From assembly GCA_963665325.3 (NCBI GenBank), contig CAXXWS020000002.1:160001-224000 (forward strand): 64,000 bases of DNA, read 5' to 3'. Numbering within the stretch: position 1 is the stretch's first letter; each line of letters starts with the position of its first letter. This stretch comes from Alphaproteobacteria bacterium. Its GTDB lineage: Bacteria > Pseudomonadota > Alphaproteobacteria > Bin95. The notes below the pieces were generated by a model that made no database searches, was not told the origin of the DNA, and saw only the letters and a program-made list of their open reading frames with translations. The position numbers and the translations under genes were made by a program. Of this stretch, positions 9,008 to 19,271 are shown piece after piece.

Positions 9008-9159
9008 GCCACCGCTCCGCCCAATGGCCTGCCGCGACCGGGGGCAATCCGGTGTCGCCGGGCCGTGTGGACCTATTGACTCCCGACGGTACATTCTTGC
9101 TCCGTCGTTGACAGAAGGGCGCAGCGCGTCGGACCGCGGCACCTCGCGCGGGACGCCCA

Positions 9160-10056
9160 TCATGGGTGGGAGCGGCGGTACTTGCCGGGCGTCGTGCCGA
9201 CGAACCGCTTGAACCACTGAGTGAAGTACGCCTGGGACGAGAACCCGCATTGAGCGGCGATTTCGATGATCGGGAGTTCACCTTCCGCGAGCATCGCCTC
9301 GGCGCGTTCCATGCGGCGGTCGGTTATGTAGCGGTGCGGCGCTGTACCGGTCGCCGCCCGGAAGGCGCGGGCGAAGTGGAACGGGCTGAGGCAGGCCTCG
9401 CTCGCCAGCCGCTCCACCGTCAGGTCGTCGGAGAGATAGGCCTCGATGAATTCGGTCACCCTTCGAAGACGTCGGGGATCGAGCGCGCCGCGCGGCCGCG
9501 GCAGCGGGACCGAGGCGGGGTTCAGATTGGAACGGTGTCTGAGAATGTGAACGCCGAGTGCGGCCGCGAGTGTCTCGACCGCCATTTTCCCCGCCGGCGT
9601 CGGATCGAGCATCTCGGCACGGATCGTCCGCGCGATTTGCTCGATGAGGGGGTCGCGGAAACCGCCCACGTAATGCAGCGCGACCCGGCCGGGATCGACG
9701 TCGAGTTCCCGGAGCGCCGCCGCCGAAAGCGGTGCGGCGGGAAGAAAGAGGTGGAGGCTCTCGCGAACCTCGCCGTAGAGCCGGATCATGTCCTCGCGGA
9801 CGCCGTCGGGGCAGAGCCAGACAGTGCCCGGCACCGCGTGGCACTGCTCCAGCTTTCCGTCGCCGCGCCGCCGGATCGGCAGGGTGCCGTCGATCATGAC
9901 GATGACCTCGGTGTCGCGGACCTCGACCTCGCCGAGATCGCCCTCGGAATTGTGCCAGCGCTCGGCCTGCAGCCCGTTCCAGTCGAGCCCTTCGCTGGTC
10001 CCGAGCAAGGTGCCGGTGGTATATTTGTCGATCGCGTGTCCGCCCCATCTGGCCAT
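9160..10056 (-). CDS. AraC-family transcriptional regulator
   Basis: LSPFHFARAF and CGFSSQAYFT...TTPGKYR dual HTH; GGAGGAG RBS before ATG 10056. Confidence 0.9.
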   Translation of the reverse strand: MARWGGHAIDKYTTGTLLGTSEGLDWNGLQAERWHNSEGDLGEVEVRDTEVIVMIDGTLPIRRRGDGKLEQCHAVPGTVWLCPDGVREDMIRLYGEVRESLHLFLPAAPLSAAALRELDVDPGRVALHYVGGFRDPLIEQIARTIRAEMLDPTPAGKMAVETLAAALGVHILRHRSNLNPASVPLPRPRGALDPRRLRRVTEFIEAYLSDDLTVERLASEACLSPFHFARAFRAATGTAPHRYITDRRMERAEAMLAEGELPIIEIAAQCGFSSQAYFTQWFKRFVGTTPGKYRRSHP

Positions 10057-10856
10057 GCCGCTCCTCCAACGCAACGGATCCGCGGAACGCCGCCGCAAAG
10101 CTCCTGCCGCCCGGGGTCTCCGATGCCTGTGCCTGAATCGAGAACGACAAATCACGGGGAAATGAAAATGCTTTCGCGGCAATCTTCATGCCGGGACGGC
10201 ATACGGGCGGTCTCCCACGAGCTTCTTCCGTGAACCTCTTCAGGTCCTCCCGATCAGGATTCCCCTCCGGATTGAGATCGATTGTCCACGCGAGCGGCCG
10301 GCGCCTGGCGGCCCCACCCACCGGATGGCGCTGGCGATGTCCTTGCGGCGTCTTGTTCGATGGGTTGCGGCACGAACGCATTCCCCTGCACACCGCGACC
10401 TACGTCCGCCGACCGAGACGGAGACGGCAAGAAGCGGAAGAGTTTCCTGCAAATCGGAGAGGGCCCGCAGGACTGGGAGCGCCAGCATCGAAGCGGACAG
10501 TTAATCGATCGTCTCATCCGCAGACGTTTATTCATTAAAGGAAGAATAATTTGTATGGAACCGCTGCAATATTAAACTCTTGAGCGGCGCGGAGACTGTT
10601 TGCAGGGCAGTTATCGTATTTCCTTTTTGATTACCTGCTATGAGCCTCTTTATCGGGCCCCGGATAGTGCCGGTCTTCGGAAGCCCGGTCGCCTCGAATA
10701 GTTCTTATTGCGCCAAGTATCGTTTCAGGCCGCGATAGCAGGAAATCCCAATTTTTCGACAGTTCCTCAAAATACCGGATAGCGCCGCACGCTCTAAGAA
10801 AGTTTCCGTCGATCCCAGCGACACAGCTGCGTCGCAGGAAACACGGGGGATAGAGC

Positions 10857-12698
10857 ATGTTGCGCGATAACTCACTCCGCACGCATTTCGGGCGATCATT
10901 GCAAGCGCGAGGCTTGGCGGGACGTTCCGGCCGTCAAGGCGCGGCTGGAGAGCGGCTGCGAGTGAGGGCCCTGGCGCTGGCCGTGCTGGCGGTCTGGAGC
11001 GGAGCCGCCGAGGCTGCCGACCTCCGGATCCTCTCTGCGGGCGACGTCGAGCGCTACCGGCGCCTCTTTGTGCTGGAGGCGGAGAACCGCTGGGAGGAAG
11101 CCGACGCGCTCGCGCGCGAACTCGACGACCCCCGGCTGATGGGCCATGTGCTTTACCAGCGCTACGTCGTCTCGCACGACTATGTCACGCCCTATGAGGA
11201 ACTGCGGGCCTGGCTCGAAGCCTATGGCGACCATCCGGGAGCGCATCGGGTGTCTCGCCTGGCGCTCAAACGCTGCCCGCCCGGCATGTTGCCGCCGCCG
11301 CCCGAGAAGCACCCGCCGGTGCGCCGGCCCACGCCGTTGTTCGTCGCCAAGCCCCTGCAGAGACCGCCGACAGCGGTCGGCACGATCTATGCCGGGATCA
11401 TCGAGCAACATCTGAAGGAGGAACGGCCCGATCTCGCGAACAGCCTGTTCCGCGACGCCGCCGTCCACCGGGCGCTGGGCCGGGACTATGCCGACAAGCT
11501 GCGCGGCGACATCGCCTTTTCCTATTACCTCCTGGGCAAGGATGCGGAAGCGTACAGCCTTGCCTCGCGACGTGCAGAGTCCGCGCAGAACCGGGTTTCG
11601 CTGCTCCACTGGGTGGCGGGGCTGGCGGCGCTCAGGCTTGGCAGGCATGCCGGCGCGGCACGGCATTTCGCGGCCCACGCGCAATCGCCGGCTGCCTCAC
11701 CGTGGAATGCCTCGGCCGGCGCGTTCTGGGCGGCGAGGATGTACCGGCAAATGGAGCGGCCAAACGAGGCCGAGCAATGGCTGCGGAAGGCGGCGGTCCA
11801 CAAGCGGACCTTTTACGGCATGCTCGCCCGGGAAATGCTCGGCCTGCCGCACGGGCTGAATTTCGAGCCGCCGCCGCCGGACGAGGGCGACCGATTGCGA
11901 ATCCAAGCGGAACCGGCGGCGGTTCGCTCGCTTGCGCTTGCGCAGGTCGGGCGGACGGTAGAGGCCGAGGCCGAGATGCGCCGCGCGCTGGCCGATGCCG
12001 ATGCGGACACGACGCGCACCCTGCTGGCCGCGTCCATAGCCGCCCGCCTGCCGCGCGCTGCGCTGTTGGCCGGGCGCCGCCTGCTGGGCCGGGGCGACAC
12101 GCCCCGCGACCTCGCGCTCTATCCGCTGGCGCCCTGGGAACCGGAAGGCGGCTACGGGCTGGACCGGGCGCTGCTGCTTGGCTTCATGCGCCGCGAGAGC
12201 GCCTTCGACACACGCGCCGCGAGCCGGGCCGGGGCGCTCGGGCTGATGCAGCTCATGCCCTCGACCGCCAGTTCGGTGTCACGGAACGAACGGTTCGTCG
12301 GCAAGACGCTCAAGCGCCTGCACGAGCCGGAGCTCAATCTGACCCTCGGCCGCGACTATCTTCGTTTGCTGCTGGAGAAGGATGTCGTCGCCGGCGACCT
12401 TCTCAATCTTGCCATCGCCTACAATGCCGGGGCCGGCCGGCTGCGGCGTTGGAGTTCGACGGTAAGCCACATGGACGACCGGCTCCTGTTCATCGAAAGC
12501 CTGCCCGCGAAGGAGACCCGGATATTCGTCGAGCATGTGCTCACGAATATCTGGGCTTACCGCGCGCGCCTCGGCCAGAAGCGGCCGAGCCTGGCTGCGC
12601 TGGCGGCGGGGCAGACGCCGCTCTATAAGTCGCTCGACACCCGGAAGTCGCTCGACACCCGGCAGGCGAACGCCGACCGCAACCCGCCCAACGCATGA
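10857..12698 (+). CDS. Soluble lytic murein transglycosylase (SLT domain)
   Basis: RRESAFD, GALGLMQLMP, AYNAG and ETR motifs; true start may be downstream. Confidence 0.9.
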   Translation: MLRDNSLRTHFGRSLQARGLAGRSGRQGAAGERLRVRALALAVLAVWSGAAEAADLRILSAGDVERYRRLFVLEAENRWEEADALARELDDPRLMGHVLYQRYVVSHDYVTPYEELRAWLEAYGDHPGAHRVSRLALKRCPPGMLPPPPEKHPPVRRPTPLFVAKPLQRPPTAVGTIYAGIIEQHLKEERPDLANSLFRDAAVHRALGRDYADKLRGDIAFSYYLLGKDAEAYSLASRRAESAQNRVSLLHWVAGLAALRLGRHAGAARHFAAHAQSPAASPWNASAGAFWAARMYRQMERPNEAEQWLRKAAVHKRTFYGMLAREMLGLPHGLNFEPPPPDEGDRLRIQAEPAAVRSLALAQVGRTVEAEAEMRRALADADADTTRTLLAASIAARLPRAALLAGRRLLGRGDTPRDLALYPLAPWEPEGGYGLDRALLLGFMRRESAFDTRAASRAGALGLMQLMPSTASSVSRNERFVGKTLKRLHEPELNLTLGRDYLRLLLEKDVVAGDLLNLAIAYNAGAGRLRRWSSTVSHMDDRLLFIESLPAKETRIFVEHVLTNIWAYRARLGQKRPSLAALAAGQTPLYKSLDTRKSLDTRQANADRNPPNA

Positions 12699-12821
12699 TC
12701 ACGCCGTTTGCACCGGGAGCGCTCCCGTAATGCCCGGCAGCATCGACGAAAGCCGCCCTTTCATTCCCGTGGGGGTTGAAAAATCGACAGTGCGAACGCG
12801 CAAGACCTCGGGTCCGCGAGA

Positions 12822-12934
12822 CTAGGGTCATGGTCTGCGCGGCTTCGCGGACCTCAACCGTGTGCTCTGCCACGCATTCCGGCCCACTTCTTGCGGATCG
12901 AACGACTGGACAGCGACGCAGGCCGTGACCCTAG
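12822..12934. mobile_element. MITE-like element with CTAG ends and terminal inverted repeats
   Basis: CTAGGGTCATGGTCTGCG ... CGCAGGCCGTGACCCTAG (16/18 inverted match); no ORF. Confidence 0.7.
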
Positions 12935-13034
12935 TGAGAAGTGCGGCTAGGGGCGGACGGGCTATTGACCGTCTGCCCGGCGCCACGGGGGCCGCATCCC
13001 AACCGGGTCCCGGAAATTGAACAGGTTAGCTCAT

Positions 13035-13658
13035 TCAGGCTCCGAGGCCGCCGGCGGAGCTGATGAAGTCGACCACGTCGGAGAGGCCTTCGCCGGTCTT
13101 GAGGTTGGTGAACACCCAAGGGCGGCCGCCACGCATGCGTTCAGTGTCGCTGCGCATGACATCGAGGTTCGCGCCGACGAGTGGGGCGAGGTCGATCTTG
13201 TTGATGACCAGAAGGTCGGAGCGAGTGATCCCCGGCCCACCCTTGCGCGGGATCTTTTCCCCGGCCGCTACGTCGATCACATAGATCGTAAGGTCGGCAA
13301 GTTCCGGGCTGAAGGTGGCTGCGAGATTATCGCCGCCCGACTCGATCAGGCAGAGTTCGGCCGAGGGGAAGCGGCTGCACATATCCGCTATCGCCGAGAG
13401 ATTGATCGAGGCGTCTTCGCGGATGGCGGTGTGCGGGCAACCGCCCGTCTCCACGCCCTCGATCCGCTCCGCCGGCAGGGCGCCCGCTTCCGTCAGGATG
13501 CGCTGGTCTTCCTTGGTGTAGATGTCGTTGGTAATGACGAACAGGTCGTGGCGGTCGCGCATGCTCTTGCAGAGCGCTTCGGCCAGCGCCGTCTTGCCGG
13601 AGCCGACCGGCCCGCCGATGCCGACGCGCAGCGGTCCGTGAGGTGAGGGAAGGGTCAT
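13035..13658 (-). CDS. ureG: Urease accessory GTPase UreG
   Basis: [25 protein letters not shown]. Confidence 0.97.
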   Translation of the reverse strand: MTLPSPHGPLRVGIGGPVGSGKTALAEALCKSMRDRHDLFVITNDIYTKEDQRILTEAGALPAERIEGVETGGCPHTAIREDASINLSAIADMCSRFPSAELCLIESGGDNLAATFSPELADLTIYVIDVAAGEKIPRKGGPGITRSDLLVINKIDLAPLVGANLDVMRSDTERMRGGRPWVFTNLKTGEGLSDVVDFISSAGGLGA

Positions 13659-14332
13659 GATCTGAAGATCCTCGAATACTGGGTTTCGTGGCGCATGGAG
13701 AAGATTTCCGCCGCGGGAGCCGCCGTGCCCGCCTCTTCCGGGGGCGTTGCGGCTGCCATGGTGGCAGTATCGAGAATCGCGGGCTCAAGCTCGGCCGCGA
13801 TCCTCTGCCCGTCGGTCTGGCCGAGCGGCACGAGCCGGACGCCGGCCGAGACGATCATGGCGGCGAACGCGTGCAGGTAGCAGGCCAGCGCCGGCTCGAG
13901 CGCAACGCCATGCGCGGATGCAGCGAAACCGGCAGCGACCGAAAGCGGCGGGCGGTCTTCCAGAAGGCCAGCGAGCATGTGGATGGCGGGGTGCGGCCAG
14001 GCGGCGCCAAGCGTCTTCAGAAACGCCTCGCCCTGCCGTTCGGACTCCAGCGCGAACTCCGCGGTTCCTGTCCAGGCGCGGGCCTCGTCCGCAAGCGCCG
14101 CCGCCGCAACGGCGTCCGGCGCGGCCCTGTGGGCGGCGGCGAAGAAGACGCCATCCAGCTGTCCTGCGCCGTGCAGCAGGAGCCATTTCGTCCAGTCGGC
14201 TAGGCTCTCCCGGTCGCGGACCGTCCCCGCTTCAACGGCGTATTCCAGACCGTGGCTGTAGGCAAAGCCGCCGATCGGAAAGGCGGGCGAAAACCACGCC
14301 TGGAGCCGCAGGAGGTCGCCGCCGCCGGTCAT
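13655..14332 (-). CDS. ureF: Urease accessory protein UreF
   Basis: [17 protein letters not shown]-terminus and [12 protein letters not shown]-terminus. Confidence 0.96.
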   Translation of the reverse strand: MTGGGDLLRLQAWFSPAFPIGGFAYSHGLEYAVEAGTVRDRESLADWTKWLLLHGAGQLDGVFFAAAHRAAPDAVAAAALADEARAWTGTAEFALESERQGEAFLKTLGAAWPHPAIHMLAGLLEDRPPLSVAAGFAASAHGVALEPALACYLHAFAAMIVSAGVRLVPLGQTDGQRIAAELEPAILDTATMAAATPPEEAGTAAPAAEIFSMRHETQYSRIFRS

Positions 14333-14835
14333 GGGTGCTTGTGTCCGTGGTCGTGCTCATGGCTGTGCCCGTGTCCATGGCTGTGGCCGTGGTCATGGCC
14401 TTGACCGGAATAGGCACCACCCTCGGGCTGGAAGGGCGCAACCGTTTCGGTGACGGAGCCTCCAAGGCTGCGCAGCATATCCGCCAGAACGTGGTCCGGG
14501 CGGATCAGGATCGCATCGGCACGGATCTCCGCCGGTGTGTGCCGGTTGCCGAGATGCCAGGCCAGACGCGCCGCCAGTTCCGGCGTCGCCGCCGTAATCC
14601 GGAGTATCGGCTCCGGCCTGGCGGCAACTTCCACCCAGGTCCCGTCAGTGCAGCGCAAGCCGTCGCCTTCCGCCATGGCCACGGCCTTGGGCAAGTCGAG
14701 CAGGATCGCCTCGCCGGCTGTGGTTTCCAGCTTGACGCGGCGCCGGTGCCGGTCGTCGAAGGCCAGGCTCACACGACCGGCCGCGTCCTCGTGCGGCCAA
14801 TGCCCCGCAGGGCGATGTTCGATAGCGCTACGCAT
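14329..14835 (-). CDS. ureE: Urease accessory protein UreE
   Basis: AWHLGNRH, FQPEGGAY and His-rich tail. Confidence 0.95.
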   Translation of the reverse strand: MRSAIEHRPAGHWPHEDAAGRVSLAFDDRHRRRVKLETTAGEAILLDLPKAVAMAEGDGLRCTDGTWVEVAARPEPILRITAATPELAARLAWHLGNRHTPAEIRADAILIRPDHVLADMLRSLGGSVTETVAPFQPEGGAYSGQGHDHGHSHGHGHSHEHDHGHKHP

Positions 14836-14839
14836 CGGC

Positions 14840-15649
14840 CTAGAACAGGAAGTAGCGCTGCGCCATGGACAGCACCTCTGCCGGCTCGCAGGTAAGCAAC
14901 ACTCCGTCGGCCCGCACCTCGTAGGTTTCAGGGTCGATCTCGACATCGGGCATGAGTTCGTTCAGGACCATGTCTCCCTTTCCGATGGTTCGCGTGCGGC
15001 GAACGGCTTCCAGCCGCCGGCCGGTATCGAAGCCGGCGTCGAGGCCTGCCTCGCTGACGAAGGTAACGGACGTTGCTTGTCGCGCCCGCCCGAAGCTCGC
15101 AAACATCGGCCGGAAATGCTCGGGCTGCGGTGTCGGGATGGAGGCGTTGGGGTCTCCCATGACCGCCGCCGCTATCATGCCACCCTTCAGCACCAGGTCG
15201 GGTTTCACGCCGAAGAACGCTGGCGACCAGACGACAAGGTCTGCAAGCTTTCCGGCCTCGACCGACCCGATATGGTCCGCCATGCCGTGCGCGATGGCGG
15301 GATTGATCGTGTATTTGGCGATGTAGCGCCGGGCGCGCAGATTGTCGTTTTCGCCGCGCTCGCCCGCCAGCCGCCCGAATTGCCGCTTCATCTTGTCGGC
15401 GGTTTGCCAGGTCCGGATCGCCACTTCGCCCACCCGGCCCATCGCCTGGCTGTCCGAGGCGATGATCGAGAATGCCCCCATGTCGTGCAGGAGGTCTTCG
15501 GCGGCGATGGTCTCCTTGCGGATACGGCTCTCGGCAAACGCCACGTCCTCGGCGATGCGCGGATCCAGATGGTGGCAGACCATCAGCATGTCGAGATGTT
15601 CATCGACGGTGTTGACCGTGTAAGGGCGTGTCGGGTTGGTCGAGGAGGG
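14840..15649 (-). pseudogene. ureC: ureC 3' fragment (interrupted by transposon)
   Basis: Frame resumes [28 protein letters not shown] ... SDSQAMGR ... MAQRYFLF. Confidence 0.95.
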
Positions 15650-15733
15650 TGAGTGTGCTCTCGGTATCTGATGGCGGGATGGTCACGTTGTTCGATGGTT
15701 TTCAGGCGTCGGGCCGGGCGTGACGGCGGGGGT

Positions 15734-15820
15734 GTCGGACGGCCGTCGGCGCGTCAAGCCGCTTCGCGGCTCCTGCGCTGCGCTCCGGCCCTTCGGGTGA
15801 CCCGCCGCCGTCCCTCCGAC
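15734..15820. other. Multi-branched hairpin near the transposon end
   Basis: Outer stem GGACGGC/GCCGTCC; inner hairpins AGCCGC-TTC-GCGGCT and CCC-TTC-GGG. Confidence 0.55.
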
Positions 15821-15895
15821 GGAGTGCATCCATGGCCGTAAGCAAGCTTCCGGCCACGGGCCGGCCGCTTTACGCAGTGTGACAATGGGAGCGGT

Positions 15896-15956
15896 GTTAC
15901 CCGTTACCGTTACCCTCTCTCCCTAGGGGTTCGAGGCGGTAACGGTTTTCGGTAAC
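15896..15956. repeat. GTTACC iteron-like cluster (3 direct, 2 inverted)
   Basis: GTTACC at 15896, 15903, 15909; GGTAAC at 15938, 15951. Confidence 0.75.
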
Positions 15957-16921
15957 GTGTCCCTGCGGTCGTTGCCGTTGAGGGCGGCGAGGCGGTATCC
16001 GCCTTCGGATGCGCGCTCGACGCGTCCTTCGCGGACGAGCCTGTGCAGCGCCTCGGCGACGGTTGCGGGCCGGGTTGCCGCGCGCTCGCGGATCCGGCGC
16101 TGGGAGAGCGGCGCGTCGGCGTCGGCGAGGGCCTGCAGGATGCGCCGTTCGGGGGTATCCGGCTCCGGCGCCTGGTCTTCCGGCGTCTCGCGCAACCGCA
16201 GGGCGGGGCGCTCGTCGTCGTCGGCGAGTTCGATCTCGAGGTCTTCGAGGCCAGGGGCGTCGCGATGCTCGACGGTCATGAGGATCTGGCGGTCTCGCCG
16301 GCGCAGGTACAGATTCGAATCGCCCCAGGCGTGAAGTTCGCTGCTGCCGCGCAGCGCCTGCCCGGGCCGGGAGCCGCCGCTCTTTCGTGCGTGATGGACG
16401 AGGAGGACGGCGGTTTCGAAGCGGCGCTGTATGTCGCGCAGGAAGCCCAGCATGGGGGCGACCTCGGCGACGGTATTTTCGTCGACGCCGTGCAGGCGCA
16501 CGAGGGGGTCGAGGACGACGAGGCGGGGTGAGACGCGCTCCACCGTCTCGACCAGGCGCTGGCGATCGGCGCGATGGTCGAGACGCAGCGTGGGCACGTC
16601 GATGACGGCGATGTCGAGGGTCTCGAACGCGGTGCCTGCCGCCTTTGCGATGCCCTGGAGGCGTGCGCGCACGATATGGCCGGCGTCCTCGGCGGCGAAC
16701 AGCAGCACGGGGCCGCTTGCGGCGGGACGGAAGTGGCGCAGGCAGGGGACGCCGGCGGCGACCGCGACGGCGATGTCGAGTGCGAGGAAGGATTTGCCGC
16801 ACTTGGGCTCGCCGCCGACGATGCCGACGCCCTGCTCGGACCACAACGCCTCGACCATCCAGCGGCGCGCCTGGGGGCGCTCTTCGAGCTCCGCCGGCGC
16901 CCGTGTCGGGAAGCCCTTCAC
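15923..16921 (-). CDS. AAA_25 / RepA(SF4)-like ATPase with C-terminal winged HTH
   Basis: GTG start overlaps upstream TGA; GEPKCGKS, LVVLDP, LLVHHARK, ALRGSSEL. Confidence 0.85.
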   Translation of the reverse strand: MKGFPTRAPAELEERPQARRWMVEALWSEQGVGIVGGEPKCGKSFLALDIAVAVAAGVPCLRHFRPAASGPVLLFAAEDAGHIVRARLQGIAKAAGTAFETLDIAVIDVPTLRLDHRADRQRLVETVERVSPRLVVLDPLVRLHGVDENTVAEVAPMLGFLRDIQRRFETAVLLVHHARKSGGSRPGQALRGSSELHAWGDSNLYLRRRDRQILMTVEHRDAPGLEDLEIELADDDERPALRLRETPEDQAPEPDTPERRILQALADADAPLSQRRIRERAATRPATVAEALHRLVREGRVERASEGGYRLAALNGNDRRDTLPKTVTASNP

Positions 16922-17751
16922 CGCCGCGCCCTCCTCGGCTTGGCGGGTTCGCCCAGGGTCTCGATGAAGAGCTTCTCGTCGAGGACCTCGCGCTCCTTCT
17001 CGGCGGCGGCGGCGAGCAGGGCGTCGGCCATGACGGTGAGCGCCCGCGGGTTGCCGTCGGCATGGGCGACCAGGGTGTCCTTGAGGCCCGCGGTCATGAG
17101 GCCGGGATTGCCGGCCTGCTCGATCAGATGGTCGAGCAGGGCCGCGAGGTCGCCGGCCTCGGCCTTGGTCATGACCAGGCGCTGGCGGATGCGCGAGGCG
17201 ATGGGCTGCAGATCGGGCTGGCGGAGCTTGTCGAGCAGGCGCGTGTCGCCGGCGAGGACGACCGAGAGGATGGCGCGCGAGTCGAAGTCGGTCGAAGCCA
17301 GCAGGCGGATCTCGGAGAACACCGAGGGCAGCAGCTCCTGGGCCTCGTCGACGAGCACGACGGGGCGCATGCGGGTATCGTCGACATGGGCGAGCCAGCG
17401 CTCGCGCAGGCTTTTGAAGCTGGCCCAGCGGTTGTTGTACATCAGGTCGACGCCGAACATCTCGCCGATCTCGCGGTAGAAGTCGGACAGCCGGGAGGAG
17501 GGATGGGTGATGGCGGCGATGCTGAGCCCCTCGCAGCGGCCGAGACGGTCGGCGAGCAGGCGCAACGCCACACTCTTTCCGGCGCCGGGCTCGCCGGCGA
17601 TCAAGGCGAAGCCGCCCTGGCGCACCAGGTGGCGCTCGATCCTGAGGCAGAAGCTGTCGACGGCAGGCGTCGCCATGAGACTGTCGACCGGCAGGTCGGT
17701 GGCGAAGGGGTTCCACTTGAGCCCGTAGAAGGTGAGCAGTTCCCGGTTCAT
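16918..17751 (-). CDS. ExeA/TniB/TnsC-like AAA+ ATPase (transposition helper)
   Basis: YGLKWNPF, GEPGAGKS, VLVDEAQ, GNPR; ATGA-coupled to transposase. Confidence 0.88.
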   Translation of the reverse strand: MNRELLTFYGLKWNPFATDLPVDSLMATPAVDSFCLRIERHLVRQGGFALIAGEPGAGKSVALRLLADRLGRCEGLSIAAITHPSSRLSDFYREIGEMFGVDLMYNNRWASFKSLRERWLAHVDDTRMRPVVLVDEAQELLPSVFSEIRLLASTDFDSRAILSVVLAGDTRLLDKLRQPDLQPIASRIRQRLVMTKAEAGDLAALLDHLIEQAGNPGLMTAGLKDTLVAHADGNPRALTVMADALLAAAAEKEREVLDEKLFIETLGEPAKPRRARR

Positions 17752-19223
17752 GGCGCATCTCCCCGATCTTCGTCCTCGCCCGGACCGGGCGTCTTGTCAT
17801 GGGGCAGCCAGGCCGGCGGCAGGCCGGTTGCGGCCTGGGCGTCGAGCATGCCCTTGAGCAGCGGCGGAAGTTCCCCCGTCCCCGCGCCGCCATTGCCATC
17901 GTTGCCGCCGGGGCCGGCGGGACGGCGCACGCCATCGGCGTTGCCGCGCTTGTCGAGGGGGTACAGCGTGCACAGGCGCTCGCCGCCTCGACCGTCGATC
18001 AGATCGACGCTGGCGAGGTTCCAGCGCGCGTAACGGATCCAGGCCTCGCGCAGGTGGCGCCACGGCTGTGGCACCTGGTAGCGGATGCCCTCGACCGAGA
18101 CGGTGCCGTCCGAGCGCCTGAGCGTGCGCTTCCTGGTGATGCGGAAGGCCGCCTTGAGCTCGGCCGAGCCGGGGCAGGATCTCGACGCGTCGACGCTCCC
18201 GGCCAGGCGTTGATGCGGCGTCATGCCGAGCTCGCGGTGCTTGCGGCGGTGATAGTCCTGCTCCAGCCAGGCGATGGTGGCGTCGTTGAGCATCTTCAAG
18301 GTAAGCGCGTCGACGCCTTCGAGCTGAGCCATCAGGCGCGATTCGACCGTGCCCCAGAACGACTCGATCTTGCCGTTCTGATGGGGGCTGTAAGCGAGCG
18401 TCGTGACCCCCGCGATGCCGAGCCGGTGCAACCCCTCCTCGACCTCGCCCGCGGTCATCGCCGCGCCGTTGTCGGTCAGCAGGGACCTCGGCAGACCGCG
18501 CTTCATGAAGGCCTGGCAAAGGCCGTGGACGAACACCTCGGCGGTCTCGGCGAGGTACCACTGAAGGTGGCAGCCGAGGCGCGAGTGGTCGTCGAGGAAG
18601 CCGAGCAGGATCGGCGTCTTCCACTCGCCCGAGGCGGTCAGCACGCGACGCTTGGCGCTGTGCATGTCGGCGTGCCACAGGGCGTGAGAGCGCGAGACCT
18701 CGTAGCTCAATACCTCGCGGGCTTCGACCGCCGGCCTGGCCTCGCTCTCATGCCACTTGCGCCGGCGCTTGCGTACCAGCCCGCGAGCCCGCATCGCCCG
18801 GGTCAGCGTCGCGTAGGACGGTATCGGGCCGAGCTCGGGATCGGCCTCGACCCGCGCGGCCAGATTCTCGTGATGAAGCTGCGCCGACCACGACGGATGC
18901 GCCCGGTACTGCTCGTGCAGCGCCTCGATCAGCGTCGGCGACATCGCGCGCGGGCGCCCGGCATCGGCGCGCGGGCGCCGCTTGAGCGCCCCCACCGGAT
19001 CGTTGTCCGCCGCCCGCGCCTGGTAGTACCAGCGCTCGATCGTGGACACCGCGAAGCGCACCCGGCCCTTGCCGGACGGGTGATCCCACTCGCGTTCGGC
19101 AAGCCGCTCAAGCTCGGCGTGCAGCCGCCCCGCCGGCGGCGGCGAGGCCAGAAGCGGCCCGACCACCGCGAAGCGCAACCGCGCCCACCGGTCGCGACGC
19201 TCGCTCCCGTCGTTGCTGTTCAT
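17748..19223 (-). CDS. DDE transposase (rve core, Mu-like C-terminal domain)
   Basis: WHAD, TDNGA and NGKIESF catalytic triad; N-terminal HTH (STIERWYY). Confidence 0.93.
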   Translation of the reverse strand: MNSNDGSERRDRWARLRFAVVGPLLASPPPAGRLHAELERLAEREWDHPSGKGRVRFAVSTIERWYYQARAADNDPVGALKRRPRADAGRPRAMSPTLIEALHEQYRAHPSWSAQLHHENLAARVEADPELGPIPSYATLTRAMRARGLVRKRRRKWHESEARPAVEAREVLSYEVSRSHALWHADMHSAKRRVLTASGEWKTPILLGFLDDHSRLGCHLQWYLAETAEVFVHGLCQAFMKRGLPRSLLTDNGAAMTAGEVEEGLHRLGIAGVTTLAYSPHQNGKIESFWGTVESRLMAQLEGVDALTLKMLNDATIAWLEQDYHRRKHRELGMTPHQRLAGSVDASRSCPGSAELKAAFRITRKRTLRRSDGTVSVEGIRYQVPQPWRHLREAWIRYARWNLASVDLIDGRGGERLCTLYPLDKRGNADGVRRPAGPGGNDGNGGAGTGELPPLLKGMLDAQAATGLPPAWLPHDKTPGPGEDEDRGDAP

Positions 19224-19271
19224 TCCGGCATCCCCCTCGCTGCTTCGTGGAGGTGCCGATGATGCGGTGCC

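Noticed and set aside
12627-12662. 18-bp tandem duplication (KSLDTR x2)
   Set aside because: In-frame slippage in the variable C-terminal tail of SLT; no wider structure.
14335-14400. His-rich repetitive stretch
   Set aside because: Ordinary Ni-binding tail of UreE.
15923-17935. 670-aa ORF as one protein
   Set aside because: The N-terminal half overlaps the ExeA-like gene out of frame; the real gene starts at GTG 16921.
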